Below, one piece after another: positions 1 through 9,625 of a stretch of 64,000 nucleotides of DNA (positions within the stretch are counted from its first letter, which is position 1; every line of letters begins with the position of its first letter). The notes under the pieces are model-generated. The model was not told the origin of the DNA and ran no database searches. It was given only the letters and a program-made list of their open reading frames with translations. Source of the stretch: Candidatus Binatia bacterium (GTDB lineage Bacteria > Desulfobacterota > Binatia > DP-6); NCBI GenBank assembly GCA_046327955.1, contig JAXLXP010000005.1, forward strand, positions 228,136 through 292,135. Direction: 5' to 3'. Position numbers and translations under genes: made by a program.

Positions 1-127
1 TCACGCCGACCTGCCATCACCAGTGTGCAGCCAGCTGCACGGCTCGCCTCGCCGTTGTGCGGTTCCTCGCGCAAACGGCCTGCCGGCGATCAGCCGCGCA
101 GGCCTCTCCCGCTTCTCCCGGGCCGCC

Positions 128-1654
128 TCACGAAGCCGCCGACAGCGTGACGACCAGGGCCTGGCCGCACGCCCCGGGAACCTTCGGATGCCGGCGGCGT
201 CCGTGACGAGCGATCGCGGCACGGACCGCCTTCAGCCGCCGCTGCACCCTCTTCGCCAGCAGCTTCTGTTGCTTCGCCGTGTTTGCGGCGGCCGCGCGCT
301 CGGCCAGATTAACGAGCCCTTCGATATCCTTCCGCAGCCGCGCCGGCAGCTTCACTCCCGGGCACGCGGTGGCCAGCGTCTCCTGCAGCCTGCACCGGAG
401 ACCTTCGCAGGGGCCGGTCGGCGGCGGCCCGGCCTCGCCCCGGGCGTGAGCGAAGAAGACCTGCTTCGTCAGGCTCGTCTGCCAGACGGCCATCCAGCCC
501 CCGGCACCGTCAGGCGTCACCGCATGGTACCAGCCATCGCGGCTGCCGGTCTGCGCCCACGTCTGCCCGTCGGTCGACGCGAGCACGTTGTCCCGTGGCC
601 TCGGCCCGCCCCAGAGGATCAGCCACCGGCCCACGCCGCCGTTGGCAACGAACGGCGCGGCGCCGTTGAAGACGAAGCCGCTCGGGGTGGGCAACGCGGT
701 CGGTGGGGACCATGTCGCACCGTCCGCAGAGCTGGCAGCGAAAATCTGCTGGTCCACCCGCCAGGTCGCCACCAGCCGCCCGGCGGGATCCGCGGCGAGC
801 GTCGCTCTGGCGTGGTCGTTGAAGCTCTCTCGGCGGTCGATGAGCACGCTCGCGGAGCCCGCGAAGCGGCCATCCGCACCCGCCCTGACCGCCCGCAGCT
901 CGCTCGGGGTCGACCCGTCCAGTGCGGTCGCGATCAGCCCCACGGGCCGCCGCTCGCAGCTCGCAAGGGCAATCAACCCCGTGGGCGCGGCCTCGGTTCC
1001 CCACGTCTGGCCGCCGTCCACCGAGCGTGCGATCTGCGCCGCGCCGTCCTGCGGGACCACGACCAGCCACGTGCCGCGGCCGTCGCTGCAGGCGGCGAGC
1101 CGCCCGTTGTTCGAGAGCAGCTGTCCGCCCGCGTCGCCCACCGCGCCGAGCCGGACCGGCCGGGACCACGTCGCGCCGGCGTCGATCGAGCGCGCGGCGA
1201 ACACTCCGTCCGGGTTCGACGGCCCCGCAGAGAGCCAGCGCACCCAGAGCGCGAGCCACGTTCCCTGACCGTCGGTGAGGATGCGCGGCAACACCTCGCC
1301 GGTTCCGACCGAGTCGCTGGCAGCCGCGGGGTCGATCAGCGCGGGCGCGCTCCACGTGGCGCCGCCATCGGTCGAGCGCGCGAGCACCACGTCCGCGTCA
1401 CGACCGAAGGGGCTGTCATCGTTGTCGATCCACCACGTGACGACCACGTTTCCCCGTCCGTCGGTTGCTACGTCGGCGTTGTCGCCCCGGGTCCCCGGCG
1501 TGGTGAGGTCGAGGGCCGGCTCGAACGATTGCGCTCCCGCGGCGACGGCCGCGAGCACACCTCCAACGGCGGCCAAGGCGCGAACCCTTGCGCCCAGACC
1601 ACGCGGTCTCCTCCGATTGCTCACCCAGGGGACTCGAAGCGAGCCAGTCGCCAT
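128..1654 (-). CDS. Secreted BNR/Asp-box repeat protein (sialidase-like beta-propeller) with a C-terminal Lys/Ala-rich helical module
   Basis: Five Asp-box (S-x-D-x-G-x-T-W) repeats: STDGGATWS, SIDAGATWS, SVDGGQTWG, SADGATWS, STDGQTWA. N-terminal signal peptide (MATGSLRV...LAAVAAGAQS). Strong SD GAGGAGGAAG just before the ATG at 1654. C-terminal CR-L...K/A-rich tail is shared with the proteins at 16799 and 41175. Confidence 0.75.
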   Translation of the reverse strand: MATGSLRVPWVSNRRRPRGLGARVRALAAVGGVLAAVAAGAQSFEPALDLTTPGTRGDNADVATDGRGNVVVTWWIDNDDSPFGRDADVVLARSTDGGATWSAPALIDPAAASDSVGTGEVLPRILTDGQGTWLALWVRWLSAGPSNPDGVFAARSIDAGATWSRPVRLGAVGDAGGQLLSNNGRLAACSDGRGTWLVVVPQDGAAQIARSVDGGQTWGTEAAPTGLIALASCERRPVGLIATALDGSTPSELRAVRAGADGRFAGSASVLIDRRESFNDHARATLAADPAGRLVATWRVDQQIFAASSADGATWSPPTALPTPSGFVFNGAAPFVANGGVGRWLILWGGPRPRDNVLASTDGQTWAQTGSRDGWYHAVTPDGAGGWMAVWQTSLTKQVFFAHARGEAGPPPTGPCEGLRCRLQETLATACPGVKLPARLRKDIEGLVNLAERAAAANTAKQQKLLAKRVQRRLKAVRAAIARHGRRRHPKVPGACGQALVVTLSAAS

Positions 1655-1869
1655 GCGGCTTCCTCCTCTGCTTGGGCGCGTGCACCGCCGTGCGCGGAGT
1701 GCAGGAACCATACCGGCAGGGGAGGCGATCCCGAGCGCAGGCGTGCGGCGGGACGGTGATGCCGTCGTGCAGGTGGTCGCACAGCGCGGATCGAAGCTGC
1801 GCGGCTGCCTGCACACCGCGCCGGGAGCTGCCACGCGCGCCCGGCGGCCGCGACCGGCGCGGAGCGCGC

Positions 1870-3294
1870 TCAGTGCGTGGTGCGCAGCCCGTACTTCTGG
1901 AGCTTGTCGATCAGAGCACGGCGGGAGAGCCCGAGGTCGGCTGCCGTCCGGGTCTGGTTGCCGTCGCGCTGGGCGAGCGCGTCGCGGATCAGCTGTGCCT
2001 CGTACCGCTCGAGGGCCTGGCGCAGCGGCCCGTTGGGCGCGGGAACGCCGGGGCCCGCCCCGTTGAACTTGGGAGAGAGCAGATCCCCGGTGATGTACCC
2101 ATCGTCGTCGGCCAAGGTGACGGCGCGTTCGATCTCGTTCTCGAGCTCGCGGACGTTCCCGGGGAAGTCGTACGCGGCCAGCGCCTCGAGGGCAGCCGGC
2201 GTGACCCCCCGGATGGGACGGCCACGGGCGTGCCGGTCGAGGAACGACTGGACGAGGGCGGGAATGTCTTCCTTGCGCTCCCGAAGCGGCGGCAGCGTGA
2301 TGCCCACGACGCTCAGGCGGTAGAACAGGTCCTTTCGGAACGTGCCCTCGGCCACGTCGTGCTCGAGGTCGTGATGGGTCGCGGCGATCACCCGGACGTC
2401 GACGCGCGTCGGCCGGCTGTCGCCCATCCGCCGGATCTCCCCTTGGTCGAGCACGCGCAGCAGGCGAGTCTGCAAGTCCGGCGGGCAGTCACCGATCTCG
2501 TCGAGGAAGATCGTGCCGCCGTCGGCTGCCTCGAAGAGCCCCTTGCGGTCGTTGATGGCGCCGGTGAACGCGCCGCGCCGGTGCCCGAAGAGCTCGCTCG
2601 TCAGCACGTCGGGCCCGATCGCGCCGCAGTTCTCGCTGATGAACGGGCGCTCGGCCCGCGGGCCATTGTAGTGAATCGCGCGGGCGACCAGCTCCTTGCC
2701 GGTGCCGGTTTCGCCGAGGAGCAGCACGGTGCAGTCGCGCGGCACCACGCGCTCGACGAGATCCAGCGCGCGCCGCAGCGCCGCGCTGGTGCCGATGATC
2801 TGGTCGAACCCGTAGCATGCGCGCACCTCGCGCCGCAGCCGGACGTTCTCGGCTTGCAGGCGGGCATTCGCCACGCGCAGCTCCTCCTGCAGCCGCCGGT
2901 TCTCGCGCGCGAGCTGGTACACCTCGACGCCCTGCCGCGTGGTGGCCACCAGCTCGTCCTTGTGCCAGGGCTTCGTCAGGTAGCGGTAGACGTGCCCGGC
3001 GTTGATCGCCTGGATGAGCGCCTCGACGTCGGTGTAGCCGGTGAGGATGATGCAGACGATGTCGGGATGGCTCGCCGCCATCTGCTCGATCAGCTGCGTG
3101 CCGGTCATGCCGGGCATGCGCTGGTCGATGATCGCGACGCCGATCTCCGGATGCGCCTCGAGCAGCCGCAGCGCGGTCGGGCCGTCGGTCGCCGTGTGGA
3201 CGGTGTGCTCCCGCCCGAGCGTGATTCGCAGGAGGTCGACGCTCGCCGCCTCGTCGTCCACGACGAGGATCGCGGGGGCGCACTCGGGTGCCAC
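1870..3294 (-). CDS. Sigma-54-dependent response regulator (NtrC family: REC + AAA+ + Fis HTH)
   Basis: Receiver domain (VVDDE...D...LTKP). Sigma-54 interaction domain with Walker [15 protein letters not shown] and ESELFGH motifs. C-terminal HTH ([22 protein letters not shown]). Confidence 0.9.
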   Translation of the reverse strand: MAPECAPAILVVDDEAASVDLLRITLGREHTVHTATDGPTALRLLEAHPEIGVAIIDQRMPGMTGTQLIEQMAASHPDIVCIILTGYTDVEALIQAINAGHVYRYLTKPWHKDELVATTRQGVEVYQLARENRRLQEELRVANARLQAENVRLRREVRACYGFDQIIGTSAALRRALDLVERVVPRDCTVLLLGETGTGKELVARAIHYNGPRAERPFISENCGAIGPDVLTSELFGHRRGAFTGAINDRKGLFEAADGGTIFLDEIGDCPPDLQTRLLRVLDQGEIRRMGDSRPTRVDVRVIAATHHDLEHDVAEGTFRKDLFYRLSVVGITLPPLRERKEDIPALVQSFLDRHARGRPIRGVTPAALEALAAYDFPGNVRELENEIERAVTLADDDGYITGDLLSPKFNGAGPGVPAPNGPLRQALERYEAQLIRDALAQRDGNQTRTAADLGLSRRALIDKLQKYGLRTTH

Positions 3295-3435
3295 GGGGCC
3301 AACGGTAGCGCAATCCCCCGTGCGCGGCCAAGCTCACTGGTCCCATGCGCTGCGCCTTGCCGCTGGGATCGATACCCGCTAGCAGTCCCCCGTCGCGGCC
3401 TCGGGACCGGACCGCGACTACGGGACGGGAGGGAC

Positions 3436-4611
3436 ATGTTCGTCGACGAGACCCCGGAGCAGACGGCGCTGCGCGCCGAGCTTCGCGCGTACTTCGACAG
3501 GCTGATGACGCCGGAAGCGCGCGCGGCCACGCGCGGCATCGAGAGCGGAGAAGTCTACCACCGGCTCATCCGCCAGATGGGCCGGGATGGCTGGCTCGGC
3601 ATCGGGTGGCCGAAGGAGTACGGCGGCCAGGGCCGCTCGGCGAGCGAGCAGCTCGTCTTCTTCGAGGAGGCGCTGCTCGCGGGCGCTCCGCTCCCGTTCG
3701 TGACGCTCAACACCGTGGGGCCCGCGCTCATGGCGCTCGGCTCCGACGAGCACAAGCGGCGGTTCCTGCCCGGGATCCTGCGCGGCGAGATCCACTTCGC
3801 GATCGGCTACTCGGAGCCGGGCGCGGGGACCGACCTCGCGTCGCTCGCGACCACCGCCGTCCGCGACGGCGACGACTGGGTCGTCAACGGCACCAAGTCG
3901 TTCACCAGCGGCGCCGAGGGGGCCGACTTCGTCTGGCTCGCGGCGCGCACCGATCCGGAGGCGCCGAAGCACAAGGGCCTCACGATCCTCATCGTCGACA
4001 CCACGCTCCCCGGGTTCTCGGTTGCACCCATCCACACGGTCGGCGGCATGCGCACGAACATGACCTACTACGACAACGTGCGCGTCCCCGTCGCCATGAC
4101 CGTCGGGGCCGTGAACGGCGGCTGGCAGCTCATCACCGCGCAGCTCAACCACGAGCGCATCGGGCTGGCGGCGTTCGGCGTGAAGGCGCTCGGGCTCTAC
4201 AACGCGACGCTCGCGTGGGCGCGCGCCACCCTCGACGCCGACGGCCGGCCCGTGATCGAAGAGCCGTGGGTCCAGACCTCGCTCGCCGAGGCGTACTGCC
4301 GGCTGAAGGCGATGCGGGTGATGAACGCGCGGATGGCGTGGGAGCTGGAGCAGGGGAAGGTCGACCCGGCGCGCGCCTCGGCCGCGAAGGTGTACGGCAC
4401 GGAGTGCGTGATCGAGGTCTGCCGCCTCCTGCTCCAGGTGGTCGGGCCGCTCGGCGCGCTGCAGGCGGACTCGCCCGGTGCCGCGCTGCACGGCGAGCTG
4501 GAGCAGCAGTATCGCCTCTGCCAGATCAACACGTTCGGCGGCGGCGTCAACGAGATCCAACGCGAGATCGTCGCCATGCTCGGCTTGCGCATGCCGCGCG
4601 TCCCGCGGTGA
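3436..4611 (+). CDS. Acyl-CoA dehydrogenase
   Basis: ACAD family signatures (GWLGIGWPKEYGG, YSEPGAGTDLASLAT, GTKSFTSGA, C-terminal QINTFGGGVNEIQREIVA). ATG at 3436. Only the C-terminal 391 aa of the long six-frame ORF 1588..4611 are real. Confidence 0.9.
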   Translation: MFVDETPEQTALRAELRAYFDRLMTPEARAATRGIESGEVYHRLIRQMGRDGWLGIGWPKEYGGQGRSASEQLVFFEEALLAGAPLPFVTLNTVGPALMALGSDEHKRRFLPGILRGEIHFAIGYSEPGAGTDLASLATTAVRDGDDWVVNGTKSFTSGAEGADFVWLAARTDPEAPKHKGLTILIVDTTLPGFSVAPIHTVGGMRTNMTYYDNVRVPVAMTVGAVNGGWQLITAQLNHERIGLAAFGVKALGLYNATLAWARATLDADGRPVIEEPWVQTSLAEAYCRLKAMRVMNARMAWELEQGKVDPARASAAKVYGTECVIEVCRLLLQVVGPLGALQADSPGAALHGELEQQYRLCQINTFGGGVNEIQREIVAMLGLRMPRVPR

Positions 4612-4621
4612 GGGAAGATCG

Positions 4622-5737
4622 ATGGACTTTGCATTCAGCGACGATCAGCGCGCGATTCGGGATCTCGCGGAACGGATCTTCCAGGATCACGTCACGCCGA
4701 AGCGGCTGCTGGAGGTCGAGGCGGGCAGCGAGGGCATCGATCGCGAGCTGTGGCGCCGGCTGGCAGAGGCGAGTCTCCTCGGCGCGGCGTTGCCGGAGCG
4801 CGTCGGTGGCAGCGGCCTCGGGCTCTTCGAGCTGTGCCTCGTCCTCGAGCAGGCGGGTCGCCGCGTGGCGCCCGTGCCGCTCGTACCGGCCGTCGTGCTG
4901 GCCGCGCTGCCGATCGCGACGTTCGGCAGCGGCGCGCAGCAGGCGGCGTATCTCCCGCGGCTCGCCGCCGGTGAGACGCTGCTCAGCGCCGCGCTGGTGG
5001 AGGAGGGCGGATCGGATCCGATGCGCCCGCGCACCACGGCGCGTCGCGACGGCGCCGCGTGGCGTCTCGACGGCGAGAAGCACTGCGTCCCGATCGGCCG
5101 GCTCGCCGAGCGCGTCCTGGTGCCCGCTCGCACCGCCGACGGCGTCGGCGTCTTCTTGCTCGATCCCGCGGCGTCCGGCGTCAGCTGCGAGCGGCAGCGC
5201 GCGACGAACCGCGAGCCGCTGGCGCGCTTGACGCTCGCCGGGGCGCGGGTCGATGGCACCGACCTGCTCGGCACGCCGGCCGAGGGCGCCGCGATCGTCC
5301 ACTGGATCGCGGCGCGGGCCGCGCTCGCGCTCTGCGCCGTGCAGCTCGGCGTCGCCGAGGAGGCCGTGCGCCTGACGGCCGAGTATACCGCGACCCGCCA
5401 GCAGTTCGGGCGACCGATCGGCAGCTTCCAGGGCGTGGCGCTGCGCGCCGCCGACGCCTACATCGACGTCGAGGCCATGCGCTCGGTGCTCTGGGAGGCG
5501 GCGTGGCGCGTGGGCGAGGGCCGCCCGGCCGCGGGCGAAATCGCCACGGCGACGTGGTGGGCGTGTACCGCCGGACAGCGCGTCGTGCACACCGCGCAGC
5601 ACCTCCACGGCGGTATCGGTGCGGACGTGGACTACCCCATCCACCGCTACTTCCTGTGGGCGAAGCAGATCGAGCTGGCGCTGGGCGGGGCCGGCCGGCA
5701 GCTCGCCCGCCTCGGCGCGGAGCTGCCGAGCCTGTAA
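4622..5737 (+). CDS. Acyl-CoA dehydrogenase, second tandem paralogue
   Basis: ACAD-like sequence (...QQFGRPIGSFQGVALRAADAYIDVEAMR...HLHGGIGADVDYPIHRYF). Starts 11 nt after the previous stop, consistent with an operon. Confidence 0.85.
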   Translation: MDFAFSDDQRAIRDLAERIFQDHVTPKRLLEVEAGSEGIDRELWRRLAEASLLGAALPERVGGSGLGLFELCLVLEQAGRRVAPVPLVPAVVLAALPIATFGSGAQQAAYLPRLAAGETLLSAALVEEGGSDPMRPRTTARRDGAAWRLDGEKHCVPIGRLAERVLVPARTADGVGVFLLDPAASGVSCERQRATNREPLARLTLAGARVDGTDLLGTPAEGAAIVHWIAARAALALCAVQLGVAEEAVRLTAEYTATRQQFGRPIGSFQGVALRAADAYIDVEAMRSVLWEAAWRVGEGRPAAGEIATATWWACTAGQRVVHTAQHLHGGIGADVDYPIHRYFLWAKQIELALGGAGRQLARLGAELPSL

Positions 5738-5741
5738 GCCC

Positions 5742-6593
5742 ATGGAGCGCAAGGTCGCGTTCGTCACCGGCGCGAGCCGCGGCATCGGCAAGGCGTCGGC
5801 GCTCGCGCTCGCCGAGGTCGGCTACGACGTGGTCGTCACCGCGCGCACGGTCGAGGAGGGCGAGCGCTACGACTACGGTCCCAGCCTCGCGCAGTCGGGC
5901 GAGCGCGCGATGCCCGGCAGCCTGCGCGTCACCGCCGAGGAGATCCGCCGGCGCGGTCGGGCGGCGCTGCCGATCCGCCTCGACCTGCTCGACCGGGGCT
6001 CGATCGACGCGGCGGTCGATCGGGCGTTGCGGGAGTGGGGCCACGTCGACCTTCTGCTGAACAACGGCATCTATCAGGGGCCGGGCCTCATGGACCGCCT
6101 GCTCGACCTCTCCGACGAGATGGTGCGCACGGTGTTCGAGGGCAACGTCTTCGCGCAGATCCACCTCACGCAGCGGGTCGTGCGCGCGATGCTCGACCGC
6201 GGCCGGGGCGTCGTCGTCAACGTGACGTCCAACGCGGGGCTTGCCGATCCCCCTGGGCCGGCGGGCGAGGGCGGGTGGGGATTCGCGTACGGCGCGTCGA
6301 AAGGCGCGTTCCATCGGATGGCGGGCATCCTGCACGTCGAGCTGCGCGACCGTGGCATCCGAGCGTACAACGTCGAGCCCGGACTCATCCTGACGGAAGC
6401 GCAGAAGGTCCTCTTCGGCGACGACAGCGACCTGGTGCGCCACTACCGCGGCGCGCCGCCGGCGGTGCCGGCCGCCGTCGTGGCCTGGCTCGCGACCGAT
6501 CCCGAGGCCGTGGCGATGAGCGGCCAGACGATCGCCGCGCAGCCGTTCTGCAAGCAGCGAGGGCTCGTGGCGGGCTGGCCGCCAGCGCGCTGA
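5742..6593 (+). CDS. Short-chain dehydrogenase/reductase (SDR)
   Basis: TGASRGIGKA Rossmann motif, NNG motif, and YGASK catalytic Y-x3-K. ATG 5 nt after the upstream stop. Confidence 0.85.
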   Translation: MERKVAFVTGASRGIGKASALALAEVGYDVVVTARTVEEGERYDYGPSLAQSGERAMPGSLRVTAEEIRRRGRAALPIRLDLLDRGSIDAAVDRALREWGHVDLLLNNGIYQGPGLMDRLLDLSDEMVRTVFEGNVFAQIHLTQRVVRAMLDRGRGVVVNVTSNAGLADPPGPAGEGGWGFAYGASKGAFHRMAGILHVELRDRGIRAYNVEPGLILTEAQKVLFGDDSDLVRHYRGAPPAVPAAVVAWLATDPEAVAMSGQTIAAQPFCKQRGLVAGWPPAR

Positions 6594-6648
6594 GGGCGCC
6601 GCTACTTCCGGGGAACGCAGACCGGACGTTTCGCCCGCCGCGTGGCGA

Positions 6649-7668
6649 TCACTCGTGGCACGTGAGCCGCGACGGCGTCGCGACGCAGGTTGGGAGGTCG
6701 TCCGTGCGCCTGGCGCCCGTCGGGTCGGTGAGCGTCAGCGAGACGGGTCCGGTGACCGGGCCGGTGCCCGCACCCGGGCGCCAGTCGAGGATGAAGCGCC
6801 AATCGAGGCTCCCTGGTGCGGGCGTAAGGCGCAGCGTCGGGCCTCCGATCCCTGCGCTGCACGTGCTTCGTTGCGGAGGACGGTCGACGCAGGCCACGGC
6901 CTGCTCGGCGTTGCTCGTCGGCTGGACCGTGACGGCGGCGATGCCGGCCGCGACCGTCCTGGCGTCCATCGTGCCCCGCAGGTGCACGTGCCCGTTGCGA
7001 AGTCGGATCCGTGCCTGCGAGAGTCGCAGTGAGCCGGCGGGGTGGCATGGGTCGGTCTGCGCCGGGTCATAGACGGCCGGGCAGTCGTCGTGTCCGTCGC
7101 ACACGCCGTCGAAGTCCGCGTCGATCAGGTGGCACGTGGCGGAGCAGCAGCCGTCGGTGCCGTTGGCGGGCCCATCGTCACAGGTCTCGCCCAGATCGAC
7201 GTCGCCGTCGCCGCACACGACGAGGGCGCTGCGGGCGCCGCGGGCGGGGAGGTCGATGCCGAACCACGGGAAGATGGAGGAGTTGATGGGTGGAGTGAGC
7301 TTGATGAAGTACTCAACGAAGATGGCGTCGAAGGTGTTGCCATCAGCGCTCACCATCCCGTGGCCCGAGGGCGCCGGCGACGGCCCGTAGGGCAGCGATC
7401 CCATCGGTACCGCGAGGATGCCTCCCGGGTACGGTGTGCCCACCAGCGAGAAGGCGCCGCTCGCCGAATCGATGGTGCCGGTGTAGGGATCGCCGTCCTC
7501 CGTCCCGTACGTGAGCGACGTACCGCTCTGCGTGATGGTGACCGGGACGAGGCTTCCGAATACCTCGACGATCCATGACCCAGTGAGGTTGACGGTCGCA
7601 CGCCCGGGGTGCGGCAAGGCGGCCAAGAGGAACGCCAGCAGGAGCAGTCGGAGTCGCGGCGGCGTCAT
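6649..7668 (-). CDS. Secreted protein with Myxococcales cysteine-rich repeat (TIGR02232-like)
   Basis: Signal peptide MTPPRLRLLLLAFLLAALPHPGRA. Repeat CGDGDVDLGETCDDGPANGTDGCCSATC. GGGAGG SD 6 nt before the ATG at 7668. Confidence 0.75.
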   Translation of the reverse strand: MTPPRLRLLLLAFLLAALPHPGRATVNLTGSWIVEVFGSLVPVTITQSGTSLTYGTEDGDPYTGTIDSASGAFSLVGTPYPGGILAVPMGSLPYGPSPAPSGHGMVSADGNTFDAIFVEYFIKLTPPINSSIFPWFGIDLPARGARSALVVCGDGDVDLGETCDDGPANGTDGCCSATCHLIDADFDGVCDGHDDCPAVYDPAQTDPCHPAGSLRLSQARIRLRNGHVHLRGTMDARTVAAGIAAVTVQPTSNAEQAVACVDRPPQRSTCSAGIGGPTLRLTPAPGSLDWRFILDWRPGAGTGPVTGPVSLTLTDPTGARRTDDLPTCVATPSRLTCHE

Positions 7669-7813
7669 GTGGCCTCCCATTGTCGTGACGGAGTCCGGAG
7701 CGTACGGCGGTGCCATCTCCCGGGTCAAGGGTGCCGCATCCGGGCTCGGTCCCTGCCTGGCCGCCGCGTCTCACGCACCAGCGCCACGCCAGGGTGCGGC
7801 CAGAGCCGAGAAA

Positions 7814-7909
7814 TGGCGGAGAAGGGAAGGAGTCGAACCTTCCGTCCCCCGCGAGGAGGGACGACGCGGTTTTGAAGACCGGCCGGGCCACCGGGCCCGT
7901 TCCTTCTCC
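7814..7909 (-). tRNA. selC: tRNA-Sec (selenocysteine, anticodon UCA)
   Basis: Reverse complement reads GGAGAAGG-AA-CGGGCC-CGGT-GGCCCG-...CT-TCA-AA...long variable arm...GAAGG-TTCGACT-CCTTC-CCTTCTCC-G-CCA. That gives an 8-bp acceptor stem, a 6-bp D stem with a 4-nt loop, a 5-bp T stem, a UCA anticodon and a long variable arm: the canonical bacterial 8/5 tRNA-Sec architecture. Confidence 0.85.
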
Positions 7910-8011
7910 AGCTCCAGTCGCCGGTGGGCGCGAAGGCTAGCAGGTCGTCGCGCTTCTGCAAGGCGGCGACGGCCTGGCGCCGACCCGCCCGGCCGTGCGA
8001 GGGTCGGCTCC

Positions 8012-8650
8012 ATGCTGGTCGGCCACTACGCGCCCGCGTTCGTCGCCAAGGGGATCGCGCCGCGCGTCCCGCTCTGGACGCTCGTGGCCGCGGTGCAGCT
8101 CGTCGACATCGCGTGGGGGCTGCTCGTGCTGCTCGGCGTCGAGCAGGTGCGAATCGTGCCGGGGCTGCCGTCGAATCCGCTCGACCTCGTGTACATGCCG
8201 TACACGCACAGCTTGCTGGCGGCGGTCGGTTGGTCGGCGCTCGCCTTCGTGCTCGGACGCCTCGTGCTCGGCGCGGGTGGCGGCGCGATCGTGCTCGCGC
8301 TGGCGGTGGCGTCGCACTGGGTGCTCGACCTCGTCGTTCACCGGCCCGACCTCCCGCTCGCTTTCGGGCCCGAGCGGCTCGGGCTCGCGCTGTGGAACCG
8401 GCCGGTCCTCGCCTACGTCGTCGAAGTGGGCCTGCTCGCTTCGGCGGTCGCGTTCTGGGCGTCGCGCTGCCGGCCCGCGGGTCTCGCGCGGCGCACGGCG
8501 ACCCGGCTCGTCGCGGCGCTCGTCGTGGTGCAGACGCTCGTCGTGTTCGTGCCGTTGCCGCCGTCGATCCCGGTGCCGGTGATCGTGCTGTCGCTGCTCG
8601 GGCTGTTCCTCGCCGTCGTGTGGGCGGCGGCGCGCGTCGAAGCGACGTGA
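8012..8650 (+). CDS. Integral membrane protein (metal-dependent hydrolase-like, YdjM-type), hypothetical
   Basis: ATG at 8012. Multiple hydrophobic helices with conserved His/Asp (HWVLDLVVHRPDLPL). Six-frame ORF 7511..8650 extends spuriously upstream over the tRNA. Confidence 0.55.
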   Translation: MLVGHYAPAFVAKGIAPRVPLWTLVAAVQLVDIAWGLLVLLGVEQVRIVPGLPSNPLDLVYMPYTHSLLAAVGWSALAFVLGRLVLGAGGGAIVLALAVASHWVLDLVVHRPDLPLAFGPERLGLALWNRPVLAYVVEVGLLASAVAFWASRCRPAGLARRTATRLVAALVVVQTLVVFVPLPPSIPVPVIVLSLLGLFLAVVWAAARVEAT

Positions 8651-8674
8651 CGTCTGCCGGCCGGCTCGCCCTGC

Positions 8675-9586
8675 TCAGCGTGCCGGCGCGGCCGGCGGGC
8701 TCAGGGCCAGCCAGCGGACGAGCCAGTCGATCGCCGGCTGTCGCTCCCGCTCCGCGATTGCGTGTCCCTGGTTCTCGAAGACGATCAGCGCGAAGCGCTC
8801 GGGCGTACCCGCCCGTGTGTACGCCTCGCGCAGGACGCGCGCGGTCGAATCGACGCAGCGCATGGGGACGTACTGGTCGGCCGTCCCGGCGACGAGCAGG
8901 ATGGCGGCGTGCAGGAGGCGCTCCGGGTGCAGGATGGGCGACTGTTCGCGCAGCCAGCGGTCGTAGCCGCGGTCGAGCGTCAGCGGACGTCCCTCCATGC
9001 CGAGGGGCGACCAGCGCAGGAAGGCGTGGAAGTCGGCGCACGTGAACTCGACGGCGGCCACCGCGAGACGCGGGTCGTTGGCGACCGCGCGCAGCGCGAT
9101 GAACCCGTTGGTCGAGCCGCCCGTGATCGCGATGCGGCCGGGGTCGATCTCCGGGACCGTCGCGAGGTAGTCGACGACGCGCGGAAGGACCTTGGTGGCC
9201 GTCGCCGCGACGTGCTCGAAGTACTTGCGCCCGAGCACCTGCGCCGACGGCGACGCCAGGATGAGCTTGCCGACCGTCCGCTCGGACGGCGGCTGGCTGT
9301 TCGGCTTGTTCTCGTCCCAGCGTGCGCGGTATGAGACGGTCACCGCGCCCGAGGCGAGGAGCGCACTGCCCTCGCCGATGAAGGCGATGACGGCCGGCTT
9401 CGGGCCGGAAGGTTGGGCGGGGATCTGGAGCTGGACGTGGATGAAGCCGTCGTCGAGGTCGACGTCGCGGGTTTCTGCCGCGGGCGGCGCCGGGTCGGCC
9501 GCGACCGGGGGTGGCGGCGGGAGAGGGAGAGCCGGATGTCGGCACGCGAGCAGCGATACGGCGGCCAGCAGCAGAGGAGTTCGCAT
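8675..9586 (-). CDS. Alpha/beta-hydrolase fold lipoprotein (dienelactone hydrolase/peptidase S9-like)
   Basis: Lipoprotein signal MRTPLLLAAVSLLAC. Nucleophile-elbow-like ITGGSTNG. Conserved His near the C-terminus (ENQGHAI). ATG at 9586. Confidence 0.7.
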   Translation of the reverse strand: MRTPLLLAAVSLLACRHPALPLPPPPPVAADPAPPAAETRDVDLDDGFIHVQLQIPAQPSGPKPAVIAFIGEGSALLASGAVTVSYRARWDENKPNSQPPSERTVGKLILASPSAQVLGRKYFEHVAATATKVLPRVVDYLATVPEIDPGRIAITGGSTNGFIALRAVANDPRLAVAAVEFTCADFHAFLRWSPLGMEGRPLTLDRGYDRWLREQSPILHPERLLHAAILLVAGTADQYVPMRCVDSTARVLREAYTRAGTPERFALIVFENQGHAIAERERQPAIDWLVRWLALSPPAAPAR

Positions 9587-9625
9587 GAGCGGTGGACTTC
9601 CAGTGTACGTGAAACGCGCCACCGG

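Noticed and set aside
23-1759. 578-aa plus-strand ORF (and overlapping 510..1355, 588..1268, 922..1278, 1275..2066 ORFs) of Arg/Pro/Ala-rich sequence
   Set aside because: They lie antisense to the BNR-repeat gene. Their low-complexity RPRRG-type composition is typical of spurious reading frames in >70% GC DNA, and they carry no family motifs.
1588-3435. N-terminal ~615 aa of the 1007-aa ORF 1588..4611
   Set aside because: This part is antisense to the NtrC-type regulator and Arg-rich. Only the C-terminal 391 aa (from ATG 3436) match acyl-CoA dehydrogenases. ORF 3345..5231 is likewise an out-of-frame shadow of the two dehydrogenase genes.
7511-8011. Upstream extension of ORF 7511..8650 over the tRNA-Sec region
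   Set aside because: This stretch is the tRNA gene read in an open frame (…NGGEGKESNLPSPARR…). The membrane protein plausibly starts at ATG 8012.
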